This document shows, in pieces, positions 1-8,706 of a stretch of 64,000 nt of DNA. The stretch comes from Thermoplasmata archaeon (GTDB lineage Archaea > Thermoplasmatota > Thermoplasmata > Lutacidiplasmatales > UBA184), in the NCBI GenBank assembly GCA_027314915.1, contig DAHUZZ010000004.1, positions 30,368 to 94,367 on the forward strand. The letters are read 5' to 3'. Under the pieces are notes generated by a model. The model was not told the origin of the DNA. It ran no database searches and was given only the letters and a program-made list of their open reading frames with translations. The translations under genes and the position numbers were made by a program. Position 1 is the first letter of the stretch; every line of letters begins with the position of its first letter.

Positions 1-1
1 G

Positions 2-316
2 CGTGCGCGGCACGCGGCGGTCGGCTACGTGGAGCGGGCGTTCTGGCTCGGAACGTTCTCCGGTCTCGCGCCCGGGGCGCTCCGGGTCCTCGACGGCCGG
101 GATCCGCTCGCCCGTCTCGCGGGACGCGTCCGTTCGGAGGCCGCCCGGGCCCGGCGGCGGCCGACCCCCCGGGACCCGACCCCCCTGCTCCGGGCCCTCG
201 GGCGGGCCGCCCCGCTCGACGTGGGCCGCCCGGGCCCCCCGCGTGCCCCGCCGGGCTCCCCCGCCCGTCCCGGCAAGCCGTTATCCGCGCCCCCTCCCTT
301 CGATCTTGGCCGATGA
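2..316 (+). CDS. 3' end of an unidentified protein-coding gene (5' part lies outside the window)
   Basis: The frame starting at nt 2 has almost uniform G/C at codon position 3 up to TGA 314-316. That stop overlaps the Sm gene ATG (ATGA). No domain recognised. Confidence 0.4.
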   Translation, partial: RARHAAVGYVERAFWLGTFSGLAPGALRVLDGRDPLARLAGRVRSEAARARRRPTPRDPTPLLRALGRAAPLDVGRPGPPRAPPGSPARPGKPLSAPPPFDLGR

Positions 317-525
317 AGCCGCTCGAGCTCCTCCAGCAGAGCCTCCACAAGCGGGTCCTGGTCGAGCTCAAGGGCGGCCGTTCCTTCCGAGGGGTGCTCG
401 ACGCCTACGACCAGCACCTGAACCTCCTCCTCTCCCAGGCGGAGGAGGTCATCGACGACCAGGTCACCCCCCACCCGGGGGTCACGCTGCTCCGGGGCGA
501 CAGCGTCGTCTTCATATCCCCCTAG
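313..525 (+). CDS. Sm-like archaeal protein (SmAP/LSm)
   Basis: 70-aa ORF. It has Sm1/Sm2-like segments (RVLVELKGGRSFRGVLDAYDQHLNLLL ... LLRGDSVVFISP) and is followed by L37e, the conserved archaeal Sm-L37e pair. Confidence 0.9.
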   Translation: MKPLELLQQSLHKRVLVELKGGRSFRGVLDAYDQHLNLLLSQAEEVIDDQVTPHPGVTLLRGDSVVFISP

Positions 526-546
526 GTTTCGCCGGGGGGCCGAGCC

Positions 547-708
547 ATGGGGAAAGGAACTCCGGCCCGCCGCGGCGGCAAGATCGTCCACATCCGCTGC
601 CGCCGGTGCGGGCGCCACTCCTACCACCGCCAGAAGGAGGCCTGCGCCTCCTGCGGCTTCGGCGCGACCGCCCGGTGGCGGGGCTTCTCCTGGGCCAAGC
701 TCAAGTGA
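547..708 (+). CDS. rpl37e: 50S ribosomal protein L37e
   Basis: Not in the ORF track (53 aa). My translation is MGKGTPARRGGKIVHIRCRRCGRHSYHRQKEACASCGFGATARWRGFSWAKLK, which has the C4 zinc-ribbon CxxC...CxxC typical of L37e. Confidence 0.9.
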   Translation: MGKGTPARRGGKIVHIRCRRCGRHSYHRQKEACASCGFGATARWRGFSWAKLK

Positions 709-1309
709 TCCGCGCCGGACGCGGACGCGACACCCACCGATCGTCCCGGATCGCGAACCGGTAGAGCGGCTCCTTCGCGCGCGAGATCCCCACGCGGGGG
801 GCGCGGACGATCCCCTCCTTCGGTCGCGGTCCGGGAAGGACCCGGAGCTCCGACCGGGTGAGATCGAGCCCGTCGTCCCCCCGGGTGATCCCGAAGGCCC
901 GGGCGAGCCGGCCCGGCCCGGAGGTCCCGGCCCCCGCCGGCGCGACCGGCTCGGCCGCGCGCAGCAGCACCGCCTCGCCCGGCCGGGTCACGACGTTCGC
1001 GCAGTGGACCTGGTGGATCCGGAAGACGTAGAGGGTCCCCGCCCGCCCGAACATCGACCGGTTCCGGGGCGTCGGGCCGCGGAAGGCGTGGCTCGCGGGA
1101 TCCCGGGCGACGTACCCCTCGGTCTCGACGATCCGGGCGACGGCGAGGGCGCCCTCCGAACGGCGCACGAGGTAGCTCCCCAGGAGGTCGCGGGCCACCC
1201 TCAGGGTCGGGCGGTCGTACCAGGACCGCGGGAACGGGGCGCGGAACCGCGCCTCCCACTCGACCCCGGGTCCGTCGGCCGCCCCGGCGCCCGGTCCCGC
1301 GGGGATCAC
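701..1309 (-). CDS. mpg: DNA-3-methyladenine glycosylase (Mpg/AAG family)
   Basis: This is the C-terminal part of the 953-aa composite ORF (WYDRPTLRVARDLLGSYLV ... IVETEGY ... DPASHAF ... MFGRAGTLYVFRIHQVHCANVV). The start is assigned to GTG 1309-1307, which overlaps the upstream TGA (GTGA). There is an 8-nt convergent overlap with rpl37e. Confidence 0.85.
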   Translation of the reverse strand: MIPAGPGAGAADGPGVEWEARFRAPFPRSWYDRPTLRVARDLLGSYLVRRSEGALAVARIVETEGYVARDPASHAFRGPTPRNRSMFGRAGTLYVFRIHQVHCANVVTRPGEAVLLRAAEPVAPAGAGTSGPGRLARAFGITRGDDGLDLTRSELRVLPGPRPKEGIVRAPRVGISRAKEPLYRFAIRDDRWVSRPRPARIT

Positions 1310-2439
1310 AGGAGCTTTCCGCGATCGAGCAGCGGGCGCCCGTCCACGGCGATCGTGGCCTCGCCGACGACGATCCAGGCGAGGTAGGGGCAGCGGTTCG
1401 TGCCCCCGTACTCCCGGTTGCCACCGACGGCGATCGTGACCGCCCCGGCCTCCTGGTCCTCGACCTGGGGCGTCCCCGGGGCGAGCGACGGGTTGAGGCC
1501 GACGGCGAGGAGCCCGACCACATCCCGGCCGCGCGGGGCGCTCCCGTACCGCTCCTCGAACCCGGTGTGCCCCTCGGTGAACCAGGCGTTCGTGAGCCGG
1601 CCGCCGTGGATCTCCCACTGGCCTCCGTCGACGCGGCCGGTCGCAAGGTAGCTCGGGCGGCTGCCGATGACGATCCCTTCCGCGCTCCGTTCGTCGACCG
1701 CGACGGCCACGCTGCCGGGCGGCGCCGTGGTCACGAGGTGGCCGTCGGCGCGGTCCTCCGGCCCGATCACGCCGTCGTCGCTCACCGGCGCCCGGCCCCG
1801 GAGCTTGAGCGAGAGGTCGGTCCCGTTGGAGGCGGTCACCCGGAGCTGCGTACCGCGGCGCAGCAGCTCCCGCGCCCTCCGGCCGTCGCGGGCGATGCCG
1901 GCCAGGTCGGGCTCGAGCGAGCCCCGGAGCAGCTGCCCCCGCCACGTGGTGGCCGAGACGCCCCAGAACGCCGCCTGGGGCTCCGAGGCGTAGCCGAGGG
2001 CGCACCGCACGGTGCGCACCTTGGCCCGACGGGCGACGGCGAGCCAGCCCGCCTGGTCGCGCTCCATCGACGCCCGGAGCGCGGGCGGCAGGGAACGGAA
2101 CCGGGCCCGCTCCGCCGGCCCGGGGAAGTGGACGTAGGCGTTCGTCCGGCCGAGCGCCGCGAGCTCGTGCGGGCCGCTCCCGGGGGGCCGGCCCGGGCGG
2201 CCCGGCGGATCGACGCTCTTCCAGAACGCCGTCTCCTCCTCGAGGAGGAGGAGCGGGTGCGCCCCGCGCTGCCGGGCCTCGACGACGCAGGCCGAGGCGT
2301 AGGAGAGGGTGTGGTTCCACGTCTCGATGGTGACCGTCTCGCCGGAACGGACGCGGAGGACCTCCCCCAGGAGCCGGCGCGCGAGGGCCACCGGCGCGCT
2401 CTCCCCGGGCGACATCGCGCGGGATAGCGTCTCGACCAT
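1306..2439 (-). CDS. M29/AmpS-like aminopeptidase family protein (putative)
   Basis: 377-aa ORF. Overall resemblance to aminopeptidase T/AmpS (COG2309) judged by eye. Strong GC3 signal. Metal-binding residues not verified. Confidence 0.55.
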   Translation of the reverse strand: MVETLSRAMSPGESAPVALARRLLGEVLRVRSGETVTIETWNHTLSYASACVVEARQRGAHPLLLLEEETAFWKSVDPPGRPGRPPGSGPHELAALGRTNAYVHFPGPAERARFRSLPPALRASMERDQAGWLAVARRAKVRTVRCALGYASEPQAAFWGVSATTWRGQLLRGSLEPDLAGIARDGRRARELLRRGTQLRVTASNGTDLSLKLRGRAPVSDDGVIGPEDRADGHLVTTAPPGSVAVAVDERSAEGIVIGSRPSYLATGRVDGGQWEIHGGRLTNAWFTEGHTGFEERYGSAPRGRDVVGLLAVGLNPSLAPGTPQVEDQEAGAVTIAVGGNREYGGTNRCPYLAWIVVGEATIAVDGRPLLDRGKLL

Positions 2440-2442
2440 TAA

Positions 2443-3750
2443 CTAGGTGCGCGAGGGGCCGGCCGGGGCCGCGGGGGCGTCGCCCCGCCGGACCCGTTCG
2501 ACGAGCTCCCCCGCGGCGAGCCCGCCGCGGTCGAACTCCCGGACGATCCCCTCGAGGAGCGATCCGCCGTCGTCGTAGGGCGCAGGGAACCCCCGGGGGC
2601 GGGTCGGCCGGGGGTACCGCCCGAAGAACCCGGGATCGCTCCGGGCGCGCCGGATCGCCCCCCCGACGCTGCGGAGCCGGGAGAACTCCCCGAGCGCGCG
2701 GCGGAGCGGGGGGGCCACGCCGGCGCGCCGCCACAGGCGGAGGAGCGCGTCGATCTTCTCGGGGCGGTGGCGCCGGGTCGCGCCGCCCCGGCCGGTCACC
2801 CCGTTGAAGTAGAGGAAGGGGCCGCCCCACCGGAGCGACTCGAGGAGCGTGCGGCTCCCGGTCGCGATCCTCAGCTCCGCGGACGCCCACGCGCGGGCCC
2901 AGGCGCTCGGCTCGAGCGCCGGCAGCTCCTCCCACGTGAGGCCGGGCGCGGGGGGGAGCCGGATCGGCACGGGGGAGCGCACCGCGATCGTGATCGGCCG
3001 CCCCCGGGGCGCCCACTCGGAGGCGATCCGCTCGGCGAGCCGGCCCGAGCTCGAGGGGCTCGCATACCAGATCCATCGGCCGCGGCACCGGACCGGCCCG
3101 GGCTCGAGCGGCTCGGGCCAGAACGGTCCGGTCTGGACCGCGTTCGGGAACTCCCGGGCGAAGGCGCGGGAACGGACGAACGTCGGGTACAGGTGGAGCA
3201 CCTCGGCCCGGTCGAAGGCGCGGTACCGCTCGTAGGCCACCCGGAACTCCTCGACCTCCGACCGGGTCGCCGCGCGGTGCGCCCGGCGGCGGATCTCGCG
3301 CACGGGCCGCCCGCCCTCGCGCCAGCGCTCGGCGGTCTGCGCCCGGCTGGTGAGCGTGCGCGCGAACTCCTCGAAGCTCACGTGGAGCACGTTCTCCCGG
3401 CCGTAGGCGCGCTCGATCGCGGAGGCCTCGACCGACCAGCTGCCCGGCCGGCCGAACGGCCCCTCGTGGCCCGGGCCGGCGGAAACGCCCCACCAGGCCG
3501 AGATCGTGACGGCGCGGGGGGCGGCCGGCCGGAGCGCGCCGACCCGGGCATGCGCGGGCCATCCCCAGGGCCCGGCGAGCGAGCGGACCTCGGGCCGGTC
3601 CGGACCGCGGTAGAGGATCGGAGGGAACCCGGCCCGGGCGAGCCGCCGGCCGGCGAGCAGCACCTCCTCGAGGTCGCCGAGGCCGCCCCCGACGACGGCC
3701 GGGAGCAGGTAGACCTCCACCCCCGGGGCGGCGGCCGCGCCCGGTGTCAT
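2443..3750 (-). CDS. Hypothetical protein, possible GT-B/EarP-like glycosyltransferase
   Basis: ATG 3750-3748 overlaps the GNAT stop (ATGA). 435 aa. An N-terminal motif (GGGLGD...RLARAG) and a C-terminal motif (GSRTLLESLRWGGPFLYFNG) are reminiscent of EarP as I recall it. Family assignment is tentative. Confidence 0.5.
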   Translation of the reverse strand: MTPGAAAAPGVEVYLLPAVVGGGLGDLEEVLLAGRRLARAGFPPILYRGPDRPEVRSLAGPWGWPAHARVGALRPAAPRAVTISAWWGVSAGPGHEGPFGRPGSWSVEASAIERAYGRENVLHVSFEEFARTLTSRAQTAERWREGGRPVREIRRRAHRAATRSEVEEFRVAYERYRAFDRAEVLHLYPTFVRSRAFAREFPNAVQTGPFWPEPLEPGPVRCRGRWIWYASPSSSGRLAERIASEWAPRGRPITIAVRSPVPIRLPPAPGLTWEELPALEPSAWARAWASAELRIATGSRTLLESLRWGGPFLYFNGVTGRGGATRRHRPEKIDALLRLWRRAGVAPPLRRALGEFSRLRSVGGAIRRARSDPGFFGRYPRPTRPRGFPAPYDDGGSLLEGIVREFDRGGLAAGELVERVRRGDAPAAPAGPSRT

Positions 3751-4694
3751 GCGCCCGAGCTGCGCACCAGGAGGTCGGTGGTGAACTTCGACCCGAAGCC
3801 CAGCGTGGCGAGCGTCTCCCGGGGGAGCGTCGCGCCCTCGGGGACCTCGACGACCGCCCGGACGGGAGCGTGGGAAGCGATCCACGCGAGCCCCGTCCGC
3901 ACGAGCGCGAGCGCGGACTCGGTCCCGACCTCCGGCCCGAGGATCGGCTGGGTGAGGTGCGCCGACCGGGTGATCCCGCCGACGGTGGCCCGGAGGAATC
4001 CCACGGGGCGTTCGCCGGAGAGCAGCACCCAGGCGGTGCTCTCCGAGTGCGTCGAGCTCGCGAGGAGCGGGGGGAGGCTGAACGCCCCGGGGGAGGAGGG
4101 CAGGACCTCCCGGACCTCGGGCGAAAGGCTCGCGTTCACGAGCGCCGCGAGCGCCTCGCCGTCCGGGCGCGCGAACACGCGGATCGCCGCGCCGCCGGGC
4201 GGCGTGTACGTCGCATCGGTGGGCCCGGGCTCGCGGGCGAAGACGGTCGAGGTGGAGAGCTTCCGGTACCCGAGCCGCGCGTAGAGCGCCTGCGCCGGCG
4301 CGTTCTCGCGGAGCACCTGGAGCGCGGCGTAGGGCCGGTGCCCCGACCGGATCTCCTCGTGGGCCCGGGCGAGGAGCGCCCGGGCGATCCCCCGGCGCCG
4401 GTAGGCCGGCCGGACGGCGACGGAGCTGAGGAAGCCGGCGCGCGCCCCGTAGGTGACGAGGGTGCTGCCCACGAGCCGGCCGGACTCCTCCGCCACCCAG
4501 AGGTCGAAGATGCGTCGGCCGAAGAGCCGCATCGCCCCGAGCAGGATCCTCAGGTCGAGCCGGTAGGTACGGCGGATGAGCGCGGTGAGCTCCTCGGGGT
4601 TCGAGCCCTGGAGCGCCTCCTCGATGGGGAACTCCTCCGCAAGGAGGCTCAGGAAGTCCGCCGTCTGCCTCGGCTGGAACCTCCGGACGATCAG
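3747..4694 (-). CDS. Tandem GNAT-family N-acetyltransferase
   Basis: Acetyl-CoA motif VRPAYRRRGIARALL, plus a second GNAT-like half. The coding signal begins immediately at the HEAT gene stop, but there is no ATG/GTG/TTG for about 47 codons. The start is therefore uncertain (CTG 4694 or ATC 4691, or a fusion with the upstream gene). Confidence 0.7.
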   Translation of the reverse strand: MIVRRFQPRQTADFLSLLAEEFPIEEALQGSNPEELTALIRRTYRLDLRILLGAMRLFGRRIFDLWVAEESGRLVGSTLVTYGARAGFLSSVAVRPAYRRRGIARALLARAHEEIRSGHRPYAALQVLRENAPAQALYARLGYRKLSTSTVFAREPGPTDATYTPPGGAAIRVFARPDGEALAALVNASLSPEVREVLPSSPGAFSLPPLLASSTHSESTAWVLLSGERPVGFLRATVGGITRSAHLTQPILGPEVGTESALALVRTGLAWIASHAPVRAVVEVPEGATLPRETLATLGFGSKFTTDLLVRSSGA

Positions 4695-6169
4695 ATCTCC
4701 CCCTCCTCGTCGGCGAGGACGGGGATCGCGGCATCGAAGAGCATCCGGAGCGTGGGGAGCGAGGACTCCGACCCGAGCTCGGGGGGCGGGAGCCGGGCGG
4801 GCCGGTCCCACTCGTCCTCCCGGATCCGCGCGCGCGCCTCGAGCAGCACCCGGAGCACGCCCGCGTCCTGGGTGTGCTCGGCGATCCTCCCGAGCGCCTG
4901 GATGAGCGCGTCGAAGCTGCGGTCCTCCGCGTCGGTCCCGAGGGGGGTGTCGTCCCCGACCGCCCGGGCGGCGCCCGGCCGCCGCGCGACCGGCATCGCC
5001 TTGAGCAGCCCGATGAGGTGCTCCCGGGAGCCGTCGTCCCGGAGCCGGCCGAGCGACCAGATCGCGGCGAGCCGGACCTCGGGCGACGCATGGGCGAGCT
5101 CCTCCCGGATCCGGGGGAGCGCTTCGACGAGCCGGAGCCGGCCGAGCGCGTAGAGGGCCCCGCGGCGCGGCCAGGGGTGGGGATCGTCGAGGAGCCGCAG
5201 GAGCCGGGGGAGGTCCGACGCCTCCCCGATCCGGCCCAGCGCGTCCGCCGCCGCCCCGCGCACCGACCAGGCGACGTCGCCGAGCGACGACCGGGCCGAC
5301 TCGACCGCCTCCGCCCCGCCCACGTCCCCGAGGGCGCGGAGCGCGCAGACACGCGTCCAGGAGGGGCCCTCCCGCGAGCGCGCGAGGAGGAGCGGGAGCG
5401 CGACCGGGTCCCCGATCCGGCCGAGCGCGATGAGCACCGCGGGTTGGACGAAGGTCGAATCGTTCCGGAGATGCTCGAGGAGCTTCGGCACGGCCGAGCG
5501 GTCCTGCCGCTGCCCCAGGACCACCGCGGCCGCGACCCGGACCCTCCCCGAGCAATCGTCGAGCGCCGCGTGGAGCCGCTCGGTCCGGGTGGGGTCGGCG
5601 GTGGCCCGGAGGGCGAGCACGGCCTCCCGGCGCACGCGCTCGTCCGGGTCGTCGAGGCAGCGCACCACCGCCCCCTCGCAGGAGGTCGACGGGAGCCGCG
5701 CGAGCGCGTGCAGGAGGGCGCGCCGGACCTCGACGTCCGGCTCGTCCAGGCGTGCGGCGAGCGCCGGGGCCGCGGCGGGGTCGCCGACGGCCGAGAGCGC
5801 CCAGGCGGCCCTCAACCGGACCGACGGTTCCGGGTCGGCGAGCGCCCGCTCGAGCGGCTCGCGGCTCGCCGCGTGCTCGATCGCGCCGAGCGCCTCCGCG
5901 CAGAGCGCCCGCACCCGCGCGTCGGGGTCGCGAAGCCCCAGCTCGAGCGTGGTCCGGGCGCGCCCCTCCTTCTGGTGCCCGATCGCCCACGCGCCCATGC
6001 AGCGCACCAGCGGCTCCGGATCGGAGAGCGCGGAGAGGAACGGCCCCGGCTCGCCCCACGGCCCCTCCTCCGCCCGACGCCTGAGCTCGGTCAGGCGGGC
6101 GAGGAGCGGCGAGCCCCCGCGCGCGGTCACGGCGACCTCCCTCGGCCTGCGGGTGGCCGGTCCGGCCAT
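4691..6169 (-). CDS. HEAT-repeat (PBS-lyase type) protein
   Basis: Repeated units of the type DPdxxVRxxAaxALGxig run throughout. The start is taken at MAGPATRR (ATG 6169-6167). The ORF remains open up to 6244. Confidence 0.8.
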   Translation of the reverse strand: MAGPATRRPREVAVTARGGSPLLARLTELRRRAEEGPWGEPGPFLSALSDPEPLVRCMGAWAIGHQKEGRARTTLELGLRDPDARVRALCAEALGAIEHAASREPLERALADPEPSVRLRAAWALSAVGDPAAAPALAARLDEPDVEVRRALLHALARLPSTSCEGAVVRCLDDPDERVRREAVLALRATADPTRTERLHAALDDCSGRVRVAAAVVLGQRQDRSAVPKLLEHLRNDSTFVQPAVLIALGRIGDPVALPLLLARSREGPSWTRVCALRALGDVGGAEAVESARSSLGDVAWSVRGAAADALGRIGEASDLPRLLRLLDDPHPWPRRGALYALGRLRLVEALPRIREELAHASPEVRLAAIWSLGRLRDDGSREHLIGLLKAMPVARRPGAARAVGDDTPLGTDAEDRSFDALIQALGRIAEHTQDAGVLRVLLEARARIREDEWDRPARLPPPELGSESSLPTLRMLFDAAIPVLADEEGEI

Positions 6170-6370
6170 GTGGGCTACCCTATCGGTTAGTCCCTTATGG
6201 TGTTGCGGGGGCCCCTCGTCGGGCGCGGGAGGGGGGCGGAGCACCGACGTCCCGCGCCGGGCGGGCTCCGGGGGGATGGACGGGAAGGCCCCAGAAGCTC
6301 CTCGAACGAGCCCCGCGGCTCCCGGCCGGGGGCCCGGGGCCTTGCGCCGCGGGGCCCCGGGGGGGCCGGC

Positions 6371-8668
6371 CTACGCCGCGGGGAGCCGGCGCTGGCCGAT
6401 CGCCTCCGGGGAGCGGTACCGCCCCTCGGGCGGCCCGGGCGGCTCGGGCCACTCCTCGAGCAGCGCGCTCCGCCCGACGCCGAGCGGCGCAAGGAGCGTC
6501 TCCGCCGAGCGCGCGAGGAGCTCGAGGTAGGCGCCCCGGTCGTACGACGTCCCGGGCTCCAGGAGCTCGGCGATCCGGACCCGGTCGCGCCAGCTGCGGG
6601 CGCGCCGGTCCACGATGACGTAGCGGACCGTCTCGCCGGGCTCGCGCACGACGCCGTGGTGGGCGAGCTGGCGGAGCGCGGCGACCGCCTCGTTGAAGAC
6701 GGAGTACTCCACGAGCGGCTGGCTCACCCGGTGGGCGATGAGGAGCTCCTCCACCGGCCAGTCGCCCCCCGCGACCTTCTCGGCGAAGAGCCGGGCCCGG
6801 GCGAGCGCCCGGGGAAGGAGCGCCCGCACCGCCGGGGCATCCGGGGCGCGCGAGAACAGGTCGAGGATCTCCCCCTCGAACCGGCGGAGGAGGAGGGGGG
6901 TGTCGTGGCGCCGGGAGCCGATCCCGCGGAGCTTGAACTCCCCGTGCTCATACCGCCCGTAGTACCGGTTCGGCACGCCGAGGCCGGTCCGGGCCGGCAG
7001 GAAGAGGATCCACCGGTACCGCCCCTCGTAGCCGAGCGGGAGATCGCACCGCGTGCTCATCGCCCGGGCGAACGCCTCCGGGTCGGGCGGGTGCTCCCGG
7101 TCCTTCGGCTCGAGCCAGAGGGAGTCCACGATGCCGTGGAGGACGCGGTACCCGGCCGCCTCCGCGGCGGGGAAGAGATCGGCGAGGAGCTCGCGTGCGT
7201 AGGCGTTGATCGCCTCGTGGCACTCGATCCGGCCGAACCGGGCGTTCCGGTACCCCTGGTAGCCGAAGGCGGTGACGAGGATCCACTTGAGCATCTTCAC
7301 CCGGTGGGCGTACCGCTTCCGCTCGGCGTCGGGCCGGGCCGGGTCCTTCGCCTGCGCCTTGTAGGCGAGCCGCCGGGCCAGGAGCGGCCCCAGGGTCCGG
7401 GGGATGAGCCCGATGCGCCGGGTGCAGGAGCGGTAGCCGAGCCCCGGTGCCCGCACCGGCGAGCGGGGGCAGCACGGGCAGTCCAGCGTCTCGATGGAGA
7501 GGTTCCTCCGCACCATGATGTGCGGGTAGAGGCTCGCGAAATCGAACTCGTCGACCCGGTCGTGGACGCCGACCGGCGGCAGCAGGATCACGCCGCCGCG
7601 GTCGCCGGCGAGCAGCGTCCGCGCCGACTTGAACCCCTCGGGCCGGTTCTTCTTCCACGGCACGTGCACCCCCTCGTCGCGCGCGTGCGCCATCTCCATG
7701 GCCGTGAAGCAGGTGCCCGGCGACTGGCGGATCACCGTCTGGAGCGAGAGCCGGCTCAACCGGGAGGCATCGACGAGCCCGTCCAGGTGGGCGTCGTCGT
7801 ACAGCATCGAGTTCGCCCGGTCGAGGTGGAAGCGCCCGACGAGCGGGTACGTCGCGTCGGTGTGCACGATCCTCCCGTAGGTCATGTAGGAGGCGGCCCG
7901 GCGCGCGGGCCGGTACGGCGCGCGCCGCCGTCCCAGGACGAACGTCTCCTCCGTGAGCCCGTGCGCGGCCGCCCGGCGGTAGAGCCACGGGAGGTCGAAC
8001 GCATCCCCGCCGCTCGTGAGCAGCACGTCGGGGTCCTGCCGGGCGAGCTCCCGGCCGAGCTCGCGCACGAGCTCCTCCTCGGGTCCCTCGAGCTCGATCC
8101 CGCCGAGCCGGATCTTCCGGATCGTGTCATCGGCACGGACGATCCCGTCCCGGCGCCCCTCGGCGAGCTCGATCGCGAACGGGACGCTCCGCAGGGGCGG
8201 CGCCTCGTACTCGAGCGTGGCGGCCGGCTCGAGCGCGCGGAGCCGTCCCGGCCCCTCCTCGACGACCGGCGCGAACGGGTAGAGCCGCCGCTCGAGGTAG
8301 AAGAGCTGCGCGGGCGCAAGGTCGACATCGTAGAGGGTGAACCGTACGTACCCGCCCCGGGCGTCGAGCTCGCCCGCGAGCCGCTTCCGGTCCGGGTTGC
8401 GCGCGGGGGTGACGGAGAGGAGCGGCCGGGTGCGCCGATCGAAGAGCGTCGGACGGACCGCGCACCGCTCCACGGAGGCGACCCGGGGATCGCCCGCGAG
8501 CTCCCCGGCGAGCGCGTCGAGCCGGCCCGTCTCGCCGTCGACCAGGAACGGCGGCCGGTACTCCACCACCTGCTCGTCGACCCGGCCGTCCCGCCCCTTG
8601 AGCCAGATCCGGAGCGAGCGGCCGTCCGGCTCCTCCGTGACGTCGAGGATCCACCGCGGGGAGGGCAT
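6371..8668 (-). CDS. polB: Family B DNA polymerase with degenerate catalytic motifs (PolB2-like?)
   Basis: Motif A DFASLYPHIM is present. Motif B is KWILVTAFGYQGY. Motif C reads LHGIVDSLW in place of YxDTDS. Exo I reads FAIE in place of FDIE. Exo II FDLPWL is present. The start is MPSPRWILDV (ATG 8668-8666). Confidence 0.9.
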   Translation of the reverse strand: MPSPRWILDVTEEPDGRSLRIWLKGRDGRVDEQVVEYRPPFLVDGETGRLDALAGELAGDPRVASVERCAVRPTLFDRRTRPLLSVTPARNPDRKRLAGELDARGGYVRFTLYDVDLAPAQLFYLERRLYPFAPVVEEGPGRLRALEPAATLEYEAPPLRSVPFAIELAEGRRDGIVRADDTIRKIRLGGIELEGPEEELVRELGRELARQDPDVLLTSGGDAFDLPWLYRRAAAHGLTEETFVLGRRRAPYRPARRAASYMTYGRIVHTDATYPLVGRFHLDRANSMLYDDAHLDGLVDASRLSRLSLQTVIRQSPGTCFTAMEMAHARDEGVHVPWKKNRPEGFKSARTLLAGDRGGVILLPPVGVHDRVDEFDFASLYPHIMVRRNLSIETLDCPCCPRSPVRAPGLGYRSCTRRIGLIPRTLGPLLARRLAYKAQAKDPARPDAERKRYAHRVKMLKWILVTAFGYQGYRNARFGRIECHEAINAYARELLADLFPAAEAAGYRVLHGIVDSLWLEPKDREHPPDPEAFARAMSTRCDLPLGYEGRYRWILFLPARTGLGVPNRYYGRYEHGEFKLRGIGSRRHDTPLLLRRFEGEILDLFSRAPDAPAVRALLPRALARARLFAEKVAGGDWPVEELLIAHRVSQPLVEYSVFNEAVAALRQLAHHGVVREPGETVRYVIVDRRARSWRDRVRIAELLEPGTSYDRGAYLELLARSAETLLAPLGVGRSALLEEWPEPPGPPEGRYRSPEAIGQRRLPAA

Positions 8669-8706
8669 CGTCCCTGCGAGGGCGCCGGCCGCCCGTCCGG
8701 CCCCGC

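Noticed and set aside
701-3562. 953-aa ORF on the minus strand that looks like one very large gene.
   Set aside because: It is a composite. Only its last 202 codons (Mpg) have protein-like composition and GC3. Upstream it runs out of frame through the M29-like and hypothetical genes and is R/G/P-rich.
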